Shown: one piece after another, positions 20,101 through 27,915 of the stretch
How positions within the stretch are numbered: the first letter of the stretch is position 1
How the letters are laid out: each line of letters begins with the position of its first letter
Sequence record: DRR723986_791
Direction: 5' to 3' (one strand)
Length of the DNA stretch: 55,318 nucleotides
Notes under the pieces: model-generated
Seen by the model: only the letters and a program-made list of their open reading frames with translations
Database searches by the model: none
What the model was told of the DNA's origin: nothing
Made by a program: the position numbers and the translations under genes

Positions 20101-21602
20101 CCGCATTTCGATATCGCATTGGTGATCAACCCTGGATCCAACTGCCCGCCGGCACCAAAAATGTCCGCTACAACCTGGCTGGCGTCGGACCGCATCAGAT
20201 CCAGTTTCAAGCAATCGATCGCGACCACAACTACTCCAGCATTCATACAGCAACCTTCAATTCTTACTTGCCGATTCACAGATGGTTGCTGGTCCGCTGG
20301 AGCGTCGCCGCACTCGGACTCGGAATTATCGGATTGTTAATCGGCTCAAGTATCAAGACACTCCGTGCGCAACGGCAGCTCATCGAAACCGAACGCAACG
20401 CCAGAGAATCAGCGGAAGAAAACGTAGCCGAACGTGAACGGTTGCTGCAGCGAGTCAGCCACGACCTTCGCAACCCGTTGTTCGTCGTCGCTGGATGTGC
20501 CGAGATGATCGAACTTGGACAAATGGAAGCCAAAGCGGCGTTGCCGATTCTAAACGAGACGGTCGATTCAATGACCTATCTCTCACGTCAGCTACTAAGC
20601 TACTCCAAAGCCAAGACGGGACGACGAACAGCAGAACATAGCCACTCGGACGTCGGGCAATTGCTACGCACACTTCGGGATGAAGCCTACATCGCGAACC
20701 GCGAACAACAGGTTGACCTGCGACTCGAAATTGCCCAGGGAGCGAAAACGCACTTGGCCGTCTCACCGCAAATTCTCAAAGAGATTCTGCACAACTTACT
20801 GAATAACTCAATTAAATTTACTACCGCTGGTGAGATTGTCGTCCACTATCACACCGAATCTGGTCAACCGACGTTCTGCGTGGAGGATACCGGCTGCGGC
20901 ATGGATCAAGAAACGCTCGACTGTCTCTTCAAACCCTTCTTCAAGCAAACAAATCGACGCCCCGGAAATGGATTCGGCCTTGGCCTCTCGATCTGCAAGG
21001 CCCTCTCCGACGAGATCGGTGCAACGTTGTCCGTGGAAAGTGAAGTAGGTCGCGGTACTAACGTGTCGCTGAGACTCCCGGCTGATTCCATCTCAGACCA
21101 AGATTCAACAGAATCGTCTGGCGAAAACGAATCCTTTGAAGTCTTGGAAGCATCCAATCAGTCGAACCAGCCCAAAACGGCTCAGCAACGACCAGACCTC
21201 TCTGACGTAGATGGACTGCTGGTCGACGATCTGCGATTCGTTCGAGATGTCTTGGTCAAGCGGTTGGATGCAGTTGGTGTCACCGTCTACGATTGCAATT
21301 CCACGTCCATTCCCGACCTGAGTAAGTTTCACCCAAAGTTTGTACTCACCGACCTGGAAATGCCGGTCTCGTCTGGATTTGATATCGCCCAGCGAATCAA
21401 GGAGATTGCACCGTCGGTTGTGGTCATCGCAATCAGTGAACGATCCGATCTACTTGAAGAGGCGGAAAAATGCGAGCACTTCGACATCGTACTCACAAAA
21501 GTCTCCCTACTAACCAACGCACCTGAGACGCTAAAACTCTTCCGGCAGTTTGCCAACACCTCGACAAACACAATTCAGAAAAGCGAGCGGCAACTGACTT
21601 AG
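17184..21602 (+). CDS. hybrid sensor histidine kinase/response regulator with a large extracytoplasmic region (PA14-like, carboxypeptidase-regulatory-like, beta-propeller, Y_Y_Y)
   Basis: Signal-like segment; WKLLGPF and GADDNATFWID; ITGRV...SDANGEFTL; FRYRIG..W...QFQAID; TM; SHDLRNPL, NLLNNSIKFT, DTGCGM, GFGLGL; receiver VDD...TDLEMP...K; the start may be further downstream (17262-17307). Confidence 0.9.
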   Translation: MTTQWEQWPPSVTCHIFTRLNNRTTRMKTRVSLLSMPLPRPMPNATKLLCFRTSAGFRTFAALLLCFFSSSFSRADDPVDLPVYEYQHGLIRRWKLLGPFPRDAKITYQQVKDSLETGEPIEFEGRQVEWYSQRSHNGVMHLVGDCIERDFPPGNAKFFAACWLQPSSSEDRDFYFGADDNATFWIDDEVMHNSQGPNWYLWNGLKRAIALEKGKKHLCVVEARNEGGSFTFSVASSREITGRVTHFNGATPLQGVEVAAVDSEKTLLAAVASDANGEFTLKKIPYEAEITYECSTGKFLQELLTREDGSQLLEIQTLQPQQYIQEVALPLGRVPKRPVTAICPLDDGGIVFALDHEPTVYALYGDRVDKLFTFDSTHRARVSQILVVGENKLAIIVDKRLRLATLNDDSTYTVSELAIPSVETNLERFVECATLDQQGNLWCCTTEVTEGDDADNATEDDDIFTIHQYGENLQHVASHTMPFRCISMCCTDSKLIATSRWGSTVSIDFETNEIQERKGPGEYTSQIIISDAGRLALILSASVATAVPDEAWQITSAYSGISTPGNRGAFLGDDLFFVLNNKILLHQGRTFRQIQGSERTLCVASTDTALLCGMSNGTILRIRKAPYRRFGIEYGLAFQPTTRVIADENALQVFSAENLCSVSLARDGTVTQTFGKHGVPVFMRDGTTLRFGSHAHFQRRMTAVVQYILLENADGETQRLNLGWDVGETILNTIELDDGQVLIGTENRMHLFDLHGLSVETLSGDSEFDSMARSGTSAFYQADDSTLYAGSLDGGVFQVDLAKGTAQKLLSIESDDPSITALHLIDSRRLLVGTVGGAFELNLDQRTYEPFSDDVIGKASIQEFLSTTDGLLYVASLDAGIFSNYKGVTVPLEGLPALHNAEIVDIHLGPKEELIIGTTGGVLEYHPTESLPRLWLTSLEVDGSQTSLQATSELEEGSSLNLGLSTDAPNRISAFRYRIGDQPWIQLPAGTKNVRYNLAGVGPHQIQFQAIDRDHNYSSIHTATFNSYLPIHRWLLVRWSVAALGLGIIGLLIGSSIKTLRAQRQLIETERNARESAEENVAERERLLQRVSHDLRNPLFVVAGCAEMIELGQMEAKAALPILNETVDSMTYLSRQLLSYSKAKTGRRTAEHSHSDVGQLLRTLRDEAYIANREQQVDLRLEIAQGAKTHLAVSPQILKEILHNLLNNSIKFTTAGEIVVHYHTESGQPTFCVEDTGCGMDQETLDCLFKPFFKQTNRRPGNGFGLGLSICKALSDEIGATLSVESEVGRGTNVSLRLPADSISDQDSTESSGENESFEVLEASNQSNQPKTAQQRPDLSDVDGLLVDDLRFVRDVLVKRLDAVGVTVYDCNSTSIPDLSKFHPKFVLTDLEMPVSSGFDIAQRIKEIAPSVVVIAISERSDLLEEAEKCEHFDIVLTKVSLLTNAPETLKLFRQFANTSTNTIQKSERQLT

Positions 21603-21645
21603 CACTCGCGGTATTCGAGGCCAAACGCAAGCACGATGCGGTCTC

Positions 21646-24357
21646 CTACAGCCCGATCGTCGCCCGCGACTGCCGCTGAAAATCTTCTAAGGCATCAGCA
21701 ACGAGGAGTGATGACGATGCATCAGACTGTGTTTCAGCGAGCTTCGATAGGGCTTCGCGATGAAGAAACACGTGTTCGATCAAGTCGAACCAGGCGTGCC
21801 GACCTTGGGGAGATTCTCCTCGCCGCTCAAACTGCCTGACAATGCTGGCAGCACTTCGTTCAAGAAGCTCTTCCGCCTTACCGCCCTGCCCTTCATCAAT
21901 CAAAACAAGCGCCTCCACGGCATCCAGCACACCATTGCCCTTCCACCCTTGGTCGCGACGGGCCTGCTGCAGTGCAGTACGCGCCAGTTCGTACTGCCCC
22001 GCTCGCTGGTACGCCCAGGCAGCAGTAAAGTACCGAACACCATCAGGCACCCTGGGGCCCGTTGGCCCTGGCCCGCGTCCTGGGCCACCGCGAGAACCAT
22101 CAGGCCCGCCAGGAAATCGGCCTGGTTGTTGTGAACGGCCAGAATCCTGCCATCCACGTGAACGCTGCTGAGAGTACCTTGGGCGTTTGTCGGGTCTTGA
22201 TGGCGAATCATCGCGACTATCAGAACGCTCGCGACGTGACTGCGGGCTGCTGGATGCTGCGTCGGCTGATCCGTTATCCCCACCGCCCTTCCCTGGAGGC
22301 CCACCCCTGGGCCCCCATGGATTTGGAATTCCCGACCGGAACAGCTCATCCAAGAAATTTGGTGGGTTGCGGCCTTCTGTTTCCTCTAGCAACTCTTCGG
22401 CTAAGCTAGCCAGTCGAATCGCTTGATCGGAGTCCGCCGGCGCAACCAAGCATCCTCGCATGGCCAACCAACGGCTAAGCTCAGACGCAGCATCCTGATC
22501 GTCCGCCAAATTGCGGTACATCTTTTCATAGAGGGTTCGAAAGTCAGCATCACGCCCCGTGAGCAGGAAGAGAGCGGAAGCTCCATTCCACTGATATTCG
22601 TTAACCGGAGCATCAAGAGACAGTGAAGTCGCGTAGTCGCTGGCAGCTTCCTCAAACAGACCGAACTGAGCGAGATAGACAGCACGTTGCATCCAAACCA
22701 AGTAATAAGCCGGAACTTCTTCAACGGCTGCGGTATACGCCGAGTAGGCGTCCGCGTGTTGTCCAGATTGCTCAAGCACGCGAGCCCGTTCGACGGCGAC
22801 GTTGGCATCCTTGATCCGCGTGGTGAAGGAAGCCATTTCGTCACGAGCGGCCAAGGCTTCCTGGAGCGCGGCATTCTTGGCCTCGCGCTGATCAATCGCC
22901 TCCAGGGCAAGGTAAACGCTCACGACCGTGCCCACCAGCAGCGCAAGGGCAACCAGTGAAGATGTTGCCAGAGCAACGCGATTCCGCTGCACTAATTTGC
23001 TCAACCGATAAAACGTTGATGGTGGACGAGCGGCTACTTGCTCGTTCGCAAGAAAACTCTTCAGGTCACTTGCTAGTGCCGCCGCGGATTCATAGCGACG
23101 GTTGCGATCTTTCTCCATCGCCTTCATCACAATCCAATCCAAATCCACCGGAATCGGATCCCACTTCGGCGCTGCTCGCATCTCGCGAGTGCGATCGACC
23201 ACGGTTTGCTTATCCGCTTCGATCACGGTTGTTAGCCGCGTACTGGGTTTGGGCGGCTCCTCTTCCATAATGATACGGCGCATCTCGTCGTAGCCGACTG
23301 AATCAAGACGTTGCCGTTCAAATGGGGTCGAACCGGCAAGCAGCTCGTACAGGAGAACTCCAAGTGAAAACACATCGCTGCGTGTATCGACGTCGAGAGC
23401 ATTCATCGACGCTTGCTCTGGACTCATGTACAGAGGTGTTCCGATCATCGAAAAGAACCGGGTGTAGATCGTTTGTTCTGCCAGGTTTTGCCCAATTGCC
23501 TTGGCGACACCAAAGTCGATTATCTTTGCGACAGGCCGATCATCATGCAGCGTCACGAGGACGTTGGACGGCTTCAAGTCGCGGTGGATCACGCCCTTTT
23601 GGTGAGCATGATGCGTGGCCAGACTAACATCCTTCATCAATTCGACTCGCTCTCGGAGACGAAGGCTGTAGGACTCGCAGAACTCCGTAATTGGCACGCC
23701 TTTGACCAATTCCATCGCAAAATAGGGTCGGCCGTCGTCGGTTACCCCCGCGTCAAACACCTGAGCAATGTTGGGATGATCCATCATCGCGACCGCCTGA
23801 CGCTCAGCAGCAAACCGCGCCAGCACTTCTTTGGACGACATTCCAGGCTTGAGAATTTTCAACGCAACCCGCCGGCGAACCGGGCTGCTCTGCTGGGCGA
23901 CGTAAACTAGCCCAAAACCGCCTTCGCCGATGAGCTCCATGATCTTGTAGGCGCCGATCTGCCGTCCGACGTCGTCGCGGTCGTCATCCTCAATCCTATT
24001 CTTTTCACTACCGCCGCGCTCGCCGCTTCCCGATTTACCACCACTGCCCGCCCCAACCGTTGCGGACTCTTTGGCGGGCGACGTCACCTCTGCCAAAGTT
24101 GCACCGCCTTGGAGATCTGCGGTCACCGCCGAAGACACCGATGGCGACGAGGCTTCTTGGTTGGCCTGATAGGCGGGACCGACAGCGGGATCGTCGATCA
24201 TGTGATCGGGTTCGAGGTGCGCCGAAAGCAACTCTTCGACACTTTTTTGCAGTGCCTCATCGCCGCCGCAGGATTCCTTGATGTAGTTGGCTCGACTTTC
24301 TGGATCGTCAAGTTCAAGAGCCTCTAGGAAAATTGTCTTTTCAGAGTTTTTTGACAT
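21646..24357 (-). CDS. Hanks-type Ser/Thr protein kinase with TM helix and TPR-like C-terminus (planctomycete ECF-associated type)
   Basis: N-terminal IFLEALE...CGGDEAL...VEELL.AH; GEGGFG.V, VALK, HRDLKPSN, DFG, GTPLYMSPEQ, DVFSLG; TM; TPR-like helices with a Gly/Pro/Arg-rich insert. Confidence 0.95.
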   Translation of the reverse strand: MSKNSEKTIFLEALELDDPESRANYIKESCGGDEALQKSVEELLSAHLEPDHMIDDPAVGPAYQANQEASSPSVSSAVTADLQGGATLAEVTSPAKESATVGAGSGGKSGSGERGGSEKNRIEDDDRDDVGRQIGAYKIMELIGEGGFGLVYVAQQSSPVRRRVALKILKPGMSSKEVLARFAAERQAVAMMDHPNIAQVFDAGVTDDGRPYFAMELVKGVPITEFCESYSLRLRERVELMKDVSLATHHAHQKGVIHRDLKPSNVLVTLHDDRPVAKIIDFGVAKAIGQNLAEQTIYTRFFSMIGTPLYMSPEQASMNALDVDTRSDVFSLGVLLYELLAGSTPFERQRLDSVGYDEMRRIIMEEEPPKPSTRLTTVIEADKQTVVDRTREMRAAPKWDPIPVDLDWIVMKAMEKDRNRRYESAAALASDLKSFLANEQVAARPPSTFYRLSKLVQRNRVALATSSLVALALLVGTVVSVYLALEAIDQREAKNAALQEALAARDEMASFTTRIKDANVAVERARVLEQSGQHADAYSAYTAAVEEVPAYYLVWMQRAVYLAQFGLFEEAASDYATSLSLDAPVNEYQWNGASALFLLTGRDADFRTLYEKMYRNLADDQDAASELSRWLAMRGCLVAPADSDQAIRLASLAEELLEETEGRNPPNFLDELFRSGIPNPWGPRGGPPGKGGGDNGSADAASSSPQSRRERSDSRDDSPSRPDKRPRYSQQRSRGWQDSGRSQQPGRFPGGPDGSRGGPGRGPGPTGPRVPDGVRYFTAAWAYQRAGQYELARTALQQARRDQGWKGNGVLDAVEALVLIDEGQGGKAEELLERSAASIVRQFERRGESPQGRHAWFDLIEHVFLHREALSKLAETQSDASSSLLVADALEDFQRQSRATIGL

Positions 24358-24446
24358 TCCAGCCCAACCTGCCCGAAACCACTAAAGGACACCCCAACAA
24401 CGAGGCACGCTGCCAGGCACCAAGTACCTGACCAGCATCCTATTGT

Positions 24447-24475
24447 AATGCGTAGATTCGCAGGGGCTGGGGCCA
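24447..24475 (-). promoter_or_regulatory. putative ECF-sigma promoter TGGCCCC-N16-CGCATT for the Ser/Thr kinase gene
   Basis: Plus strand aatgcg-N16-ggggcca; twin of 16975-17003. Confidence 0.6.
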
Positions 24476-24539
24476 AAACTGCACCGATTCGATTCGGCAT
24501 GCCGTCGAAGTACGGGCGGACTGGTCTAAAAAGTGGCAG

Positions 24540-24559
24540 AAAAACGAGCGCCCCGCTCG
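24540..24559 (-). terminator. intrinsic terminator downstream of the 24577-25662 gene
   Basis: Minus strand cgagcg-ggg-cgctcg-ttttt. Confidence 0.55.
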
Positions 24560-24576
24560 GAGTCTTGTGGAAGGCT

Positions 24577-25662
24577 TTAAAGCGAACTTAGTGACACGGG
24601 GGAATTCCGCGAGAGAGAGGCTGCAGAATTTGCGCGGACAACAGCCTGCCGCTCTGGTCCGCCGTGACGATAGCTAATCAACGACTCGCGTTCGTCCCAG
24701 TAATCTAGGATTGCAATGCGCAGATCGACGGGCAAACGATTCGTTTGCGGATTGTCATAGAATCGGTTCTTCATCGCGAAGATCACATCGGCCAGATAGT
24801 CCGGTGCAACCTTCGGCTCTACGAGATCAAGAGCATGGCCAATCTTGTGAAAGACGGTTGGGCTCGCAATCTCCTTGACGCGTTGTGAGTGAGACGCGGC
24901 CAGACCGCGCAGTGTCTGCTCTGCACCGATGTAACGTCTAGCCTGAACGGCGGCCGCGTGATCTCCCTCCTGGTAAGTTGCTGCCCACATACGAGTCGCA
25001 CTTGGCTTCGCCCCCTTGCCATGGACGCTTGCCTGCATGGAGAACGTCAGCATGTCCGCTCTCCAGTTCTGTGGAACCTCCGCCAAGATCGCAATCTCGC
25101 GAACACCTTCAATAAAGGCCCCTGGTCCGGATTTGAATTTGAAGAACACGCCATGACCGCGATCCATCGTTCCACTGGAGGCAACAACTTGCTGCTTCGG
25201 TCTCTCCTGGAACGTTCTTTCGACGGTAGTGGCGTTCTGCATCCCAGCTTCAAGCGTCGCTGTGCCGGCGGGCTGGACATTGAAGCCCCCTTTGGCACCA
25301 GCATTGGTCTTGATCGACTCCGAACGCTTCACCGTTACAGCCCCATCAACCTGAGTGGCCAACTGAGTGCGAGGAGAAAAGTCCAGAATGCGAAGGCTTC
25401 GGTAGGGACTTGAGACCAGCACCGTCGCCTCGGCCACTGAACTGTTATTATCAGCGGCATAGACAGAAACAGGCACGCGAATCCGCACCAACTTGCCGCC
25501 CATCAACGGCTGATCCAATGAAGCCGGGTCCAACTGCTGCGCTATTACGATGGAAGGAACATCAAACCGCACTTCCTGAGCTGGGGTTTCTGAAGCCCCA
25601 AACAACAGGACGTTCGTAACGATAAGTATACGTTGAACTCGAAAATGCGAAGATCCGGTCAT
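24577..25662 (-). CDS. hypothetical exported protein
   Basis: Long ORF; GGAGG RBS before ATG 25662; signal-like hydrophobic N-terminus; beta-rich middle region. Confidence 0.75.
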   Translation of the reverse strand: MTGSSHFRVQRILIVTNVLLFGASETPAQEVRFDVPSIVIAQQLDPASLDQPLMGGKLVRIRVPVSVYAADNNSSVAEATVLVSSPYRSLRILDFSPRTQLATQVDGAVTVKRSESIKTNAGAKGGFNVQPAGTATLEAGMQNATTVERTFQERPKQQVVASSGTMDRGHGVFFKFKSGPGAFIEGVREIAILAEVPQNWRADMLTFSMQASVHGKGAKPSATRMWAATYQEGDHAAAVQARRYIGAEQTLRGLAASHSQRVKEIASPTVFHKIGHALDLVEPKVAPDYLADVIFAMKNRFYDNPQTNRLPVDLRIAILDYWDERESLISYRHGGPERQAVVRANSAASLSRNSPVSLSSL

Positions 25663-25942
25663 TTGCAGCAGCCCTCCGTGATCGCATCGTTTCCAAACCA
25701 CACGCCAGGCGCAAGGTGCTGTTAACCGATACGATGCCTCGTTAGCAGTCGAGGCTTAGAATGAACAGTTTCGCGCGAAGTTTATGTCTCGCGTGCCGAT
25801 GCCCTGTTCCTTGCTGCCAAGTATGCCTGCATTAGAAATCCACTCCGTGGCGACAGGCAAACTGGAATTCTTCCTGAATCATCCCAGCTAATCGTTGAGC
25901 AATTGCATCATAGCGCGGCAAGCCGGACGGTCAAGAGATTTT

Positions 25943-26299
25943 TTAGAGGTTGGTCCGCCGCGTGACCACTAGGTCCTCCGACCAATCTCGGAAGAGCCGG
26001 TGCCGATCTGCTGCGTTTTCAAAGAGCTCTATCTCAGTCTTTCGATAACGCTCATCCTGACGAAGCAAACCGAAGAGCAGTTTTTCTTGATCTGCATCGC
26101 GCTGCCGCGTGGTCACGTTGAAGCTAAATACTTGCAGCCAGCCCGGCCGCTGCACGGCAACCAAACGCATGTAGTGGAATTGGGCAGAATCCCCAACGTA
26201 CCCCCGCCCCGAGAGCTTTGCACGCAATAGCAACTCGAGATCACGATCTCCAACCCAGCGCGTCCACTTGATAACTAAGTTCTTAATCCAGCCAATCAT
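25943..26299 (-). CDS. conserved hypothetical protein
   Basis: ORF fills the gap between genes; RLVAVQRPGWLQVFSF motif; GAGG upstream of ATG 26299. Confidence 0.7.
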   Translation of the reverse strand: MIGWIKNLVIKWTRWVGDRDLELLLRAKLSGRGYVGDSAQFHYMRLVAVQRPGWLQVFSFNVTTRQRDADQEKLLFGLLRQDERYRKTEIELFENAADRHRLFRDWSEDLVVTRRTNL

Positions 26300-26439
26300 A
26301 CGACCGACCTCACCGGTTCTACGCATTGCCTACGAGCTACACCAGCGGAGCTCCCGTTGGCTGAAGCACTACATCTGCCGCTCTACAGCAACTGAACCGT
26401 CAACGTCTTCGCCAAATTAACGAATTCTGCGATCCTGAC

Positions 26440-27696
26440 CTAACCATCGGCCGCTAGTCCTGCTGCTTGCATACCGCTTCGCAAAACTCCGCCGACCGAA
26501 GCGTGCCCATACGAATCGCCGCAATGAATCACGCCATCTTGCTTGATCGCGTATCGATCACCTGTGCGGAAACCAGGCGGCTGCAACGGCAAAGCTCTGT
26601 TTAGATCATACCTCTTGATCAACTCCCAACGTCCGGCGGCGTCACCAAAACACAACTTAAGATGCTCGCGAACGGACGATTCATCAGCGCCGCAGTGTTC
26701 ACCGACCAAGTTTACGCTTAAAAGAACTTTGCCATCCGGCGCCGCGCTAGAAGAAGCGTTACTGATCGGGAAGACGTGATTGACGCACGCCCCCTTCTCT
26801 GCCCCGGCAACAATAAGAAGTGTTCGATCACGCCGCTCGAAGGCTTCAGCAGCAAAGTAGAGACAGCTCGTGCGGGCGAAGTCATCACCACTGCTCTGCC
26901 CGTTCTCATCCTCGACACCAGCAGAAGTGATTGCACCAGTCCCCACTGCCGCAACAACCTGTTTTGCAGCGAAGCGTGTCCCGTCGGACAAGCTGACGCC
27001 ACCTCTATCCCAAGACTGCACCTGAGTATTCAGCCTAACGGTCCCGTCTGGCAGTTGCGAAGCCAGGTTCGCAGCAATTGCGCCAATTCCATCTTTCGGG
27101 TAGCTGATATCGCCAGAGGAAAGGACGCTGAAGATGTAGGACATGAAGGCTGCCGACGATTGCAAGTTCGGCTCAAGGAAAATCCCAGACCACCATGGCC
27201 GCAAGAATCCCTCGATGAAATCGTCAGAAAAAGCGTACCGTTCACGAAACAGTGCCTCGGTAGTGCAGTCCTCGTCGACCAAGTACTTGAGCTGTCCGCC
27301 CACGGCATCACGCCTCAGACGCATCAGCTTAATCCGATCACTGAGGTTACCGATCGGATTGAAAATTGTCGAAAGAGCTGCCCCAGGCCGACGCCACGGA
27401 TCCGTCATGGCATGCCAACGACCACTTCGGTAGATACTGGCTCCGGGATCGAGAGCTTGCAGATGCAACGCATCGTAATCGAGCAACTGCTTCGCTTCCG
27501 GGTAGGCGGTTTGGAATACATGAAAGCCGTAGTCCAGCCGATAACCACCAACCTCCTCTGTTCGCACTCGCCCTCCTACGCTTGAGCCTGACTCAAGGAC
27601 GACACACGGGACCTCCCGGCGGTTTAACTCGACCGCACACGCCAGGCCCGCGAGCCCCGCACCAACGATCACAACTGGCAATTCTTCTTCCGCCAC
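26440..27696 (-). CDS. FAD-dependent oxidoreductase (flavin amine oxidase / phytoene desaturase-like superfamily)
   Basis: VVIVGAGLAGLACA, GGRVRT, LDYGFHVFQTAYPEA, CGD...SVGGVLRSG; AAGGAAGAG before GTG 27696. Confidence 0.88.
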   Translation of the reverse strand: MAEEELPVVIVGAGLAGLACAVELNRREVPCVVLESGSSVGGRVRTEEVGGYRLDYGFHVFQTAYPEAKQLLDYDALHLQALDPGASIYRSGRWHAMTDPWRRPGAALSTIFNPIGNLSDRIKLMRLRRDAVGGQLKYLVDEDCTTEALFRERYAFSDDFIEGFLRPWWSGIFLEPNLQSSAAFMSYIFSVLSSGDISYPKDGIGAIAANLASQLPDGTVRLNTQVQSWDRGGVSLSDGTRFAAKQVVAAVGTGAITSAGVEDENGQSSGDDFARTSCLYFAAEAFERRDRTLLIVAGAEKGACVNHVFPISNASSSAAPDGKVLLSVNLVGEHCGADESSVREHLKLCFGDAAGRWELIKRYDLNRALPLQPPGFRTGDRYAIKQDGVIHCGDSYGHASVGGVLRSGMQAAGLAADG

Positions 27697-27915
27697 GACA
27701 ATCTCTTCCTTAGAAACTCTTCGGAACAACCGTAAGACGTCCGCCAGACTCGCAGGCAAAGCCCTTTACCCATCAGCGATCCTGAGCCACTGCGTCATCC
27801 TGCGATCCAGCACCTGTGGATGCAGCAGGTCACCGAATTCTATGCACTAGCACAGGCCGCGGTCTTGGCAAAGTCTCGCAAAACGCACGCCTGACAACCC
27901 GGAAGCCGCTGCCGG

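Noticed and set aside
24476-24576. Possible ECF sigma pseudogene upstream of the Ser/Thr kinase
   Set aside because: Too short, with no sigma region-4-like translation; occupied by a terminator hairpin
26776-27585. 269-aa + strand ORF
   Set aside because: Fully antisense to the FAD oxidoreductase and has no motifs
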